A DNA stretch of 64,000 nucleotides from Candidatus Omnitrophota bacterium. GTDB taxonomy: Bacteria > Omnitrophota > Gorgyraeia > B26-G9. The stretch covers positions 6,535 to 70,534 of the forward strand of contig JAZDHG010000064.1 of NCBI GenBank assembly GCA_043806135.1. Direction: 5' to 3'. How positions within the stretch are numbered: position 1 is the first letter of the stretch; the number at the start of each line of letters is the position of its first letter. A model generated the notes under the pieces. The model was not told the origin of the DNA. It saw only the letters and a program-made list of their open reading frames with translations, and searched no databases. Position numbers and translations under genes: made by a program. Shown here one piece after another: positions 1 through 7,564 of this stretch.

Positions 1-300
1 TGATTCTGTTTTGCCAAGCACCCCGGCCTCAACCATATTAAAAACTATATACCCAAAATCTTCGGTTGTCTTAATACCCCAATGTTCAAATACAGTACGT
101 GCCAATCTGCCGTATTCTCTAATAGCAAAATCCTTAATACCGAGCATAAGTTCCTGCCCGCTTACATGCCCATTGCGCTTAAGCGCTTCCATGGTGACAT
201 TAAGAGCGGCCAGCACAAATGAATAGGCGTCTATTTTATACCTGTTGTCCTTTTGCCATATTCGATTTAAAACAATGATCAAATCTTCTTTTGATTTCAT
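1..300 (-). CDS. hypothetical protein, partial (runs off window edge). ATG at 300..298 overlaps the surE stop (ATGA). It is missing from the ORF track because no stop codon lies inside the window.
   Basis: Manual reverse-complement translation gives MKSKEDLIIVLNRIWQKDNRYKIDAYSFVLAALNVTMEALKRNGHVSGQELMLGIKDFAIREYGRLARTVFEHWGIKTTEDFGYIVFNMVEAGVLGKTES, read without a stop through position 1. The 4-nt overlap with the upstream gene suggests coupling. Confidence 0.4.
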   Translation of the reverse strand, partial: MKSKEDLIIVLNRIWQKDNRYKIDAYSFVLAALNVTMEALKRNGHVSGQELMLGIKDFAIREYGRLARTVFEHWGIKTTEDFGYIVFNMVEAGVLGKTES

Positions 301-1061
301 GGCAGCTTAAAATCCATTTTCTTTAACGCGTCTATTGATTTATAATCCGTAAGGTCAAACTGCAGAGGAGTGATTGAAACATAATTATCCTCAATGGCTT
401 TAATATCTGAACCAGCCGGCTTTGCTAACCATTTCACTTTTCCACTCAGCCAGTAATAACTATTTCCCCGCGGATCATCCCGTCTTATAAAGTCTTCCTT
501 ATACAAAGACTTCCCCTGCTTTGTAATCATAACCCCGCGGATACTGTTTTTTTTGACGCTCGGAATATTAACGTTCAACAGTGTCCCCTGGGGGATATTG
601 TTATACTTGATTTTTTTTATCAAAGAAAGGACAAAATCAGCCGCAAAATCAAAGTCATGGTTTTCATAGGTTGCCAGAGATACTGCTATTGAAGGTATAC
701 CTAAAATCGCCCCCTCAGTAGCCGCAGATACTGTGCCGGAATACATAATGTCTGAACCAAGATTCGGGCCGTGATTAATGCCTGAGATTATCAATTGCGG
801 TTTTTGCTTTAAAATACTTCTTACCGCGATTTTAACACAATCTGCAGGTGTCCCGTCAACTGAGTACCCATAAAACTTCTTATTCCTGTAAACTTTTTTT
901 ATCCTGAGCGGCCGGTTTAGAGTGATCGCATGGCCTATAGCGCTTTTCTCTGTATCAGGAGCACAGACACTGACTTCATATGACTTGGCTAGACACAGGT
1001 ATAGATCATAAAGCCCCTCTGCGTTGATCCCGTCATCATTGGTTAATAAAATACGCATCAT
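297..1061 (-). CDS. surE: 5'/3'-nucleotidase SurE
   Basis: N-terminal MRILLTNDDGINAEGL is the SurE signature, together with GINHGPNLG and a length of 254 aa. Confidence 0.85.
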   Translation of the reverse strand: MMRILLTNDDGINAEGLYDLYLCLAKSYEVSVCAPDTEKSAIGHAITLNRPLRIKKVYRNKKFYGYSVDGTPADCVKIAVRSILKQKPQLIISGINHGPNLGSDIMYSGTVSAATEGAILGIPSIAVSLATYENHDFDFAADFVLSLIKKIKYNNIPQGTLLNVNIPSVKKNSIRGVMITKQGKSLYKEDFIRRDDPRGNSYYWLSGKVKWLAKPAGSDIKAIEDNYVSITPLQFDLTDYKSIDALKKMDFKLP

Positions 1062-1335
1062 AATATAAATTCCTTACATTTTATTCTCTGTAAAAAAATA
1101 TCACTACACCTCTTACACAGGCTTAAATCATAACAAACATAGACATCTTCTTCAAGCTTTTTGACATCAGCGTTTTTACCTCGGCACAGATCTTTCTCAT
1201 CTCCTCCTTATTGTCTTTCAATAAATCATCCTTATCTACGGGCGTGTTGCGAAACTACTCATTTAATTTCAAACTTTTAATATAAGTACTCTTTTGCAAT
1301 AACATTTGAACAGCTGCAGCATATCTGTTTTACTT

Positions 1336-2013
1336 TCACTGCGGCCCCCTTATTCTGGGCTTTCTGACCTGTACTAATGGGCAGTTTCCGCAAAGCGGAA
1401 CTTTTTTTAAACAAAAATTTTTACCAAGGGTAACGATCAAAGCATGATATTCATTGAACAATTCATAATCATTGTTAAGATTCGCTGTTATTTTTTTCTG
1501 TACTTGCGCATAAGTATCACCAGCTGAGATTATTCCATGCCGGCTGAATATCCTTCTGGTATATGCATCCACAACAAAGACCGGTTTATATCCCGCATAA
1601 AGCAGGATACTGTCCGCCGTTTCTTCCCCGATCCCGTCGACATTAAGAAGCATCTTTCTTAAGGAGTACGTCCTGGCATTAAACATCCTGGTTAACGATC
1701 CTTTGTAGTATTTGAATAAAAAAGCTGTAAAATTTTTCAGCCGCTTTGCTTTCAGGTTAAAATATCCGGAGGATCGTATTACCCTTGCCAATTTTCTAAT
1801 ATCAGCTTTTAAAATTTTTCCCGGCGTAAGCATTCGGCCTTTGCGCAAATCGGCAATCGCTATTTCCACATTTGACCAAGAGGTGTTCTGGGTCAGGATC
1901 GCTCCCACAATCATCTCAAACCTGGATTTCGCCGGCCACCAATGCTGCGTCCCATAAAAGGCATATAATTTATCGTATATTTCCACAAAGGTATTTTTCT
2001 CTTCTTTTTTCAT
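1336..2013 (-). CDS. HhH-GPD superfamily DNA glycosylase (endonuclease III-like, probably monofunctional)
   Basis: The helix-hairpin-helix segment LLNVDGIGEETADSILLYA is followed by the catalytic Asp in VVDAYTRRIF. The C-terminal cluster reads C-x6-C-x2-C; an Arg sits where the fourth Cys is expected, and a Glu replaces the Nth catalytic Lys. Confidence 0.6.
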   Translation of the reverse strand: MKKEEKNTFVEIYDKLYAFYGTQHWWPAKSRFEMIVGAILTQNTSWSNVEIAIADLRKGRMLTPGKILKADIRKLARVIRSSGYFNLKAKRLKNFTAFLFKYYKGSLTRMFNARTYSLRKMLLNVDGIGEETADSILLYAGYKPVFVVDAYTRRIFSRHGIISAGDTYAQVQKKITANLNNDYELFNEYHALIVTLGKNFCLKKVPLCGNCPLVQVRKPRIRGPQ

Positions 2014-2160
2014 GTTATATCAGGAATGAATTTTTGCGGGAATTTTGAAAAAATTTTCTGAGAACAAAAAAGTGAGAAAACATAAAGACCAAAAGCAGAC
2101 TTTCAAATTCACCTCTATGCCTTTCAGGCTTTTTAAAGCCGGTGATCTCATATAATGACG

Positions 2161-3192
2161 CTATCCTTTAAAAGCAAATCTACCGAAAATAAGCGCATTG
2201 CAATGAGCACAGTGCCCCTCTTTAAGCTTATTTTCCACCTCATCATATTCCTTTCTCTTGATGACCACCTTCTTGCAGTTCTGGCAGTAAGTATTTGCTG
2301 CCTCATGACCGGAAACATTACTGATATAAACATATAAAAGGCCTTCACGCAAAGCCATAGTTCTGAGGTTTTCAAGCTGATCGATAGGAGTAGGCGCTAC
2401 ATCCTTGAGCCCCCCGTAGGGAAAAAACCTTGTTAAATGCCAGGGAGTGTCCTTGCCCAGTTCCGCAAAAACCCAGGCAGCAATCTCCTTCATTTCCTTC
2501 TCATTGGAATTATAACCAGGGATAACATTGGTAACAATTTCCACATGTATAGCGAATTTACGTTTTGCATCAGAGCCGTTGCTGAAAACTATATTGATAT
2601 CAGAGACATCAGCAATACGCGTATAACTTTCCATAAAGGCGCCCTTTACATCCAGACATAATCCGTCAAGATATGGCGCAATCATATCAAGAGCTTTTGG
2701 AGACAAATAACCATTCGTTACATAACATGTAGATAATCCATCTTCTTTTGCCAACTTAAACACATCCAGCACATACTCAAACCACATTGTCGGTTCATTG
2801 TATGTAAAAGCAATCCCTTTGCAGCCGTTTTGTTTTGCTTTTTTTACAGCTATTTCCGGGCTCAGATAAGAGGTACTGTTTAATCCCTTTTTAACATCAC
2901 AGTGAGATAACTCCCATGACTGACAGCCATGACACTGAAAATTACAACCCAGGCTGCCTAAAGAAAGCCATCGTGTACCCGGAAAAAAATTAAACATTGG
3001 TTTTTTTTCAATAGAAGATACGCTTAAGGATGAAACTTTTCCATAAGTAACCGTATATAGTTTGCCGTCTTTATTTAAACGGGTTTGACACCATCCCATA
3101 TGACTATCATCGATCATACACTTTCGCATGCATAACTGGCACCGGACACTTTTACCTGTAAATTCATCCCAAAGCAAAGCTTCTTTCAGCAT
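2161..3192 (-). CDS. AmmeMemoRadiSam-system-type radical SAM enzyme (stand-alone, partners absent)
   Basis: CNFQCHGCQSWELS matches the CxxxCxxCQNWxIS radical-SAM motif of that family. It also has the N-terminal auxiliary Cys motif CQLCMRKCMIDDSHMGWC, and its length is 343 aa. Confidence 0.65.
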   Translation of the reverse strand: MLKEALLWDEFTGKSVRCQLCMRKCMIDDSHMGWCQTRLNKDGKLYTVTYGKVSSLSVSSIEKKPMFNFFPGTRWLSLGSLGCNFQCHGCQSWELSHCDVKKGLNSTSYLSPEIAVKKAKQNGCKGIAFTYNEPTMWFEYVLDVFKLAKEDGLSTCYVTNGYLSPKALDMIAPYLDGLCLDVKGAFMESYTRIADVSDINIVFSNGSDAKRKFAIHVEIVTNVIPGYNSNEKEMKEIAAWVFAELGKDTPWHLTRFFPYGGLKDVAPTPIDQLENLRTMALREGLLYVYISNVSGHEAANTYCQNCKKVVIKRKEYDEVENKLKEGHCAHCNALIFGRFAFKG

Positions 3193-3193
3193 A

Positions 3194-4927
3194 TTATGTT
3201 TTCCTCCCCTGCATTTTAAAAAGATCTATGATTTCGCTAACTGTTGTTGCATCCTGCGCATCCTTATCCTCACGGATCTTATCCACTGTCCTGGGGAAAC
3301 GAAGCGCATAACCTGAATCTTTATCCTGCACCTTACCGCAGGTATGGACCGGGCTTCGGGTTATTTCATCTGCCTGTACCTCAATAACATACTTAGGCTC
3401 AACCCACACATCAGGTTCAATAATAGAATCCACTTTTGATGGTTTACCATTTACTTTTATTTTATCAAGCATTTTTTTAAATTTTACCAGCTCATCCTCT
3501 GTCAAACCTGAACCGATCTTAGCGATTGTTTTGAATGTTTCACTCTTTTGATCATAAACACAGGCAAGCAGCGACCCAATACCCAGAGATGCCCTTAATC
3601 CCTTACCGAAATAATAGCCGACAATCACACAATCAATTGTATCATTAAGTTCCCCGGAATAGGAACTCTTTAATTTTATCCAGTTAAAATTTCTTCCTCC
3701 TGCCTTGTACGTACCATCCAGGCGCTTGGCCACAATCCCTTCACGGCCTTCCCGAAGCAATTCTTCAAAAATATTTTCCAGTTCCTGAGCTGTCTTGACA
3801 ATATGTACAGGAGAAACTTCTAAAACATCACCCTTGCCGATTACTGATGTCATGATCTTTCTCCTTTGTTCATAACTTTTATTGGTAAGATCACCATCAG
3901 CATAAAGCATGTCAAAAACAAAAAGTTTAAGCGGAAACAGCTTACGCATTGATGCTATACCGTGTTTTCTTTTGCGCTGAACCGTAGTTTGAAACGGCAG
4001 ACATTCTCCTGTTTGAGGATCATATGCCAGGGCCTCGCCCTCAAATATTACATCTTTATGCTTTATCTGGCTCAATGTGCCCTCTTTGATTTCCGGAAAC
4101 ATATGTGTTGTATTTTCCAGATTGCGGGAATAAACTTGAATTTCTTTACCTTTTTTGTGCACCTGACAGCGAAATCCGTCATATTTTGCTTCAATCGCAC
4201 ATGTACCGATCTTTTCAATGATCTCTTTAGCCCCAGGCATTCGTGCTGCCAAAGCCATGCGGATCGGGCAGCCGACAATAACTTCAAATTCCTTTATCCG
4301 CTCAATTCCCTCAGAAAATAAGATCTTTGCCACAAGCCCAAGGTCACAGCATAGATTATAAGCCCGTTCAAGGTGTTTGCGCAGATCTTTATCACCATTA
4401 TAAGCTAGTGATAAACTGTCTAAGAAAGTAGGATCACCTGCTCCCAAACGCAGCTTACCCAGTATTATCCTGACAACATATTTTACCTCAATGGGGCTTA
4501 TACTTTTAAGCAAATCCGCCAGAAACTCGGTTTTCCTTGCCACTACGCCAGCGCCGGAAAATCCAGCTAACTCCGTTAATTTTTTATAAATTTCCCCAAT
4601 AGTTAAATTTTTATTATATATTTTACACAGGTTTCGAGCGACTTCCCCGTAATCACCGATATTCTGGAACATATCCTCTATCAGTTTATCCGGCTTGCCC
4701 GTAGCAAGAACAATGCTTTTATGTATAAGCTTTTCACTCATCTGAAATTCTATATTTTTGAATGAAGGCAAAAGATGTCCCTGGCTGAGATAGACAATTT
4801 CCTCTATATTTACTTTTTTATCTTGGGATGCTTTTTGAAAAAGCTCCGCAAGTATGTCTGTCATTTCAAGACGCTTAGACGTTGATTCCAACTTCTGGAA
4901 GTAAACAGCCAGTTCCTTAAACTTCAT
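3194..4927 (-). CDS. lig: ATP-dependent DNA ligase (LigB/archaeal-eukaryotic type: DBD, adenylation and OB domains)
   Basis: It has the adenylation motif I KYDGFR. The N-terminus MKFKELAVYFQKLESTSKRLEMTDILAELF is typical of archaeal-type ligases, and the length is 577 aa. Confidence 0.8.
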   Translation of the reverse strand: MKFKELAVYFQKLESTSKRLEMTDILAELFQKASQDKKVNIEEIVYLSQGHLLPSFKNIEFQMSEKLIHKSIVLATGKPDKLIEDMFQNIGDYGEVARNLCKIYNKNLTIGEIYKKLTELAGFSGAGVVARKTEFLADLLKSISPIEVKYVVRIILGKLRLGAGDPTFLDSLSLAYNGDKDLRKHLERAYNLCCDLGLVAKILFSEGIERIKEFEVIVGCPIRMALAARMPGAKEIIEKIGTCAIEAKYDGFRCQVHKKGKEIQVYSRNLENTTHMFPEIKEGTLSQIKHKDVIFEGEALAYDPQTGECLPFQTTVQRKRKHGIASMRKLFPLKLFVFDMLYADGDLTNKSYEQRRKIMTSVIGKGDVLEVSPVHIVKTAQELENIFEELLREGREGIVAKRLDGTYKAGGRNFNWIKLKSSYSGELNDTIDCVIVGYYFGKGLRASLGIGSLLACVYDQKSETFKTIAKIGSGLTEDELVKFKKMLDKIKVNGKPSKVDSIIEPDVWVEPKYVIEVQADEITRSPVHTCGKVQDKDSGYALRFPRTVDKIREDKDAQDATTVSEIIDLFKMQGRKT

Positions 4928-5397
4928 TTGCCTCCGGTCTCTGAATATTGCCTGAGCACTCTCATTGCTCTTTGTAAAGTCTGTTTTTCATTATCAAAAG
5001 TAACTTTTTCGATAGCCTCTTCAATATCGACCCAGACCACTTCTTCTACTCCGGCATCAGCCGTATTTATCTCACCTTGACAGTATTTCATCAAAAAATA
5101 ATGCACTGTTTTATTAAGGTTCAGTTTTCTTCTTTTATCCACATAGGAATAATGTATATCCTTTAAATGTTCTATTATTTCCCCATCTAATCCTGTTTCT
5201 TCTTTAACCTCTCTTATTGCCGTCTCTTGCCTGGTTTCGTCTTTTTCAATTTTCCCTTTAGGTAAACACCATTGTGATGAGTTCCCGCGGCTGTAAATTA
5301 TTACCTGGAATTTACCTTCAGTCTCCCTGTACAATACCGCTCCTGCAGATATTTCCGGCATGGTCTTATACATTATCACCACTTCCTTTTTGGACAC
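4924..5397 (-). CDS. NUDIX hydrolase
   Basis: It carries the Nudix box GKIEKDETRQETAIREVKEETG (GX5EX7REUXEEXGU). It overlaps the ligase by 4 nt. Confidence 0.75.
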   Translation of the reverse strand: MSKKEVVIMYKTMPEISAGAVLYRETEGKFQVIIYSRGNSSQWCLPKGKIEKDETRQETAIREVKEETGLDGEIIEHLKDIHYSYVDKRRKLNLNKTVHYFLMKYCQGEINTADAGVEEVVWVDIEEAIEKVTFDNEKQTLQRAMRVLRQYSETGGK

Positions 5398-5400
5398 TGA

Positions 5401-6309
5401 TTATAAATCAGAAAGATACGATTGCAGAGCCTGCCGCCATGTACAAAGTCTGTTTTTAGTAACTTGTTCATAGCGGCTATTATCCAGAATAGAGCGCCCC
5501 GGCCTTTTTGCCGGCCTAATAAACTGGGTTGATTCAACCGGGAGCACATCAACATTAATATTGCAAAGATCAATAATTGTCTTGGCAAATTCATACCAGG
5601 TACAGCTTTTACTATTGCTCACATGATAAATCCCATATTTTCCCCCGGCATGGCTGGATACAAAAACCTCATTAATTAGTCTCTTCAAGGCCTGCGCCAA
5701 AGATACAGTATATGTCGGCGATCCTCTCTGATCATTGACAACTTTCAACGCATCGCCTTCAGCCGACTTAGCTATGATCGTATTGACAAAGTTTTTACCG
5801 CCTTTTCCAAAGAGCCAGCTTGTTCTGACGATCACGCCGTCAGACAATCCGGCCAATACAGCCTCCTCACCAAGAAGCTTTGTCCGGCCATAAACATTAA
5901 GCGGCGAGGTTGCATCATTTTCAGTATATGCACAGGATTTTTCCCCGTTAAAAACATAATCTGTGCTGATATATATAAGTTTTGTTTTATGTCCCCGGCA
6001 TAAACCGACAATATTCTTTGTCCCTTGGACATTTATCGCCTCGGCTTTTTCCGGATATTTTTCGCAACCGTCAACATCCGTAAAAGCTGCGGTATGAATT
6101 ACCAGCCAGGGATTGTTTTCCTGAAAAACCTTCTTTAATCCTTTTACATCTGTAATATCACAGCAGAAAAAAACATAATTACTATCACCTAAATTCTGAA
6201 CATCTATACCGATGATTCCGTATTGACTCTCAAGAACAGGTGCCAGGTCTTGTCCCAGCATTCCGTTGATACCTGTGATCAATATCCTTTTTTTAGCTTC
6301 ATCCACCAT
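5401..6309 (-). CDS. rfbD: dTDP-4-dehydrorhamnose reductase
   Basis: The RmlD-like N-terminus ILITGINGMLGQDL is a Rossmann fold. The protein shows the NAD(P)-dependent epimerase/dehydratase architecture and sits next to rfbB. Confidence 0.75.
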   Translation of the reverse strand: MVDEAKKRILITGINGMLGQDLAPVLESQYGIIGIDVQNLGDSNYVFFCCDITDVKGLKKVFQENNPWLVIHTAAFTDVDGCEKYPEKAEAINVQGTKNIVGLCRGHKTKLIYISTDYVFNGEKSCAYTENDATSPLNVYGRTKLLGEEAVLAGLSDGVIVRTSWLFGKGGKNFVNTIIAKSAEGDALKVVNDQRGSPTYTVSLAQALKRLINEVFVSSHAGGKYGIYHVSNSKSCTWYEFAKTIIDLCNINVDVLPVESTQFIRPAKRPGRSILDNSRYEQVTKNRLCTWRQALQSYLSDL

Positions 6310-7241
6310 GATCTATTTGCCTTATACCAGTTAACCGTTGAAAGGATTCCCTCTGAAAAAGAAACCTGTGTCTTAAACCCCAATTTAGAGATTTTTCCTA
6401 TGTCAAGACTATAGCGGCGGTCATGTCCGGGACGATCCTTTACATATTTTATATATTTATCGCTTTTTTCGAGTATTTTAAGAATCGTTCTGGTCAATTC
6501 CATATTGTTTATTTCGTTGCCTGCTCCGATATTATATATCTGACCGCCTTTTCCCTTTTTTAACACCAAATCTATCCCCGCACAATTATCTAGTACATAT
6601 ATCCAGTCCCGTATATTGCCTCCATCTCCGTAAAGCGGAACCTTTTTATTCTCCAAAAGATTAGTTATAAAAAGTGGAATTACCTTTTCCGGGAACTGAA
6701 ATGGTCCGAAGTTATTACTGGAACGAGTGATCATTGCATTAAAATCATAAGTCTTTGAATATGCCCTGACAATCAGATCCGCAGATGCCTTACTTGCAGA
6801 ATAGGGACTGTTCGGCTCCATGATATCTCCTTCTTTGAAGGATCCTCGAAGGCGGGAGCCGTAGACCTCATCCGTACTTATCTGTATGAATTTTTTTATT
6901 TTCATACTTTTTGCTGCATTTAAAAGCACTTCCACCCCAATAATATTCGTTTTCAAGAAAACAACCGGGTCTTGAATAGACCTGTCTACATGACTCTCAG
7001 CGGCAAAATTTATAACCGCGTTGCATCCACCCATCGCATTTTTAACAGCCTTTTTGTCGCAGATATCACCTTTGACAAAACAGTATCTTTTATTGCCTTT
7101 TATATCCTTAAGGCTCCCTTTGCATGAGGCATATGTCTGCTTATCAAAGTTTACAATTCCCACATTCTGATATTTGGACAGCATATATCTGATAAAATTA
7201 CTGCCTATAAATCCCAGTCCTCCCGTGACGAAAAGTTTCAT
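6279..7241 (-). CDS. rfbB: dTDP-glucose 4,6-dehydratase
   Basis: MKLFVTGGLGFIGSNFIRYML is the typical RmlB N-terminus. It has YxxxK in YSASKASAD and the SDR-extended family features. Confidence 0.8.
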   Translation of the reverse strand: MKLFVTGGLGFIGSNFIRYMLSKYQNVGIVNFDKQTYASCKGSLKDIKGNKRYCFVKGDICDKKAVKNAMGGCNAVINFAAESHVDRSIQDPVVFLKTNIIGVEVLLNAAKSMKIKKFIQISTDEVYGSRLRGSFKEGDIMEPNSPYSASKASADLIVRAYSKTYDFNAMITRSSNNFGPFQFPEKVIPLFITNLLENKKVPLYGDGGNIRDWIYVLDNCAGIDLVLKKGKGGQIYNIGAGNEINNMELTRTILKILEKSDKYIKYVKDRPGHDRRYSLDIGKISKLGFKTQVSFSEGILSTVNWYKANRSWWMKLKKGY

Positions 7242-7464
7242 TTTTACATCTCCTGTCTTTGCTTTTGAAACAACAAAAATCCCCTTGCTGATTAGAAAAA
7301 AATCCGCAACTTATTTAATTCATCAAAGTTAAGGGATTTTGCTATTATTTTAAGAAAAGTTTAACATATAACAATATCAATGTCAATCCAGGCCTTTATT
7401 ATCGCCAGACGGGCTAAAGTGTCCGTTCCTCTGTTTTGCTGCATATAACCTTCTATATTTCTTC

Positions 7465-7493
7465 TTGATTAAAAGGAAATTTTGTTCTATAAT
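7465..7493 (+). promoter_or_regulatory. sigma-70-type promoter: TTGATT, 17-nt spacer, TATAAT
   Basis: The -35 TTGATT lies at 7465-7470 and the -10 TATAAT at 7488-7493, with an exact 17-nt spacer. It lies about 70 nt upstream of the ATG at 7565. Confidence 0.5.
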
Positions 7494-7564
7494 ATGTGTT
7501 TGGGAAATTTTCCCTTTCTATTGGCTTTTTAAAAACTAGCTGTTTAACCAGGAAAACAACATTC

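Noticed and set aside
11-226. A 71-aa plus-strand ORF sits at the window start.
   Set aside because: The minus strand across 1-300 carries an uninterrupted frame that starts with an ATG overlapping the surE stop as ATGA. That is far more plausible, so I treated the plus-strand ORF as its shadow.
1712-1957. Many 60-140-aa plus-strand ORFs lie inside minus-strand genes. Examples are 1712-1957, 3962-4321, 8151-8384, 17692-18105, 18911-19270, 22557-22970, 37819-38208, 45144-45545 and 58527-58883.
   Set aside because: They are antisense shadow ORFs fully embedded in well-supported genes on the opposite strand. Their peptide composition is low-complexity or hydrophobic, and none has a recognisable motif or ribosome-binding site.
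2100-2160. The hairpin GGCTTT-tt-AAAGCC downstream of the radical SAM gene was a candidate intrinsic terminator.
   Set aside because: The stem is only 5-6 bp, the loop is too small, and no U-tract follows on the minus strand. Read-through into the glycosylase-like gene is more likely.
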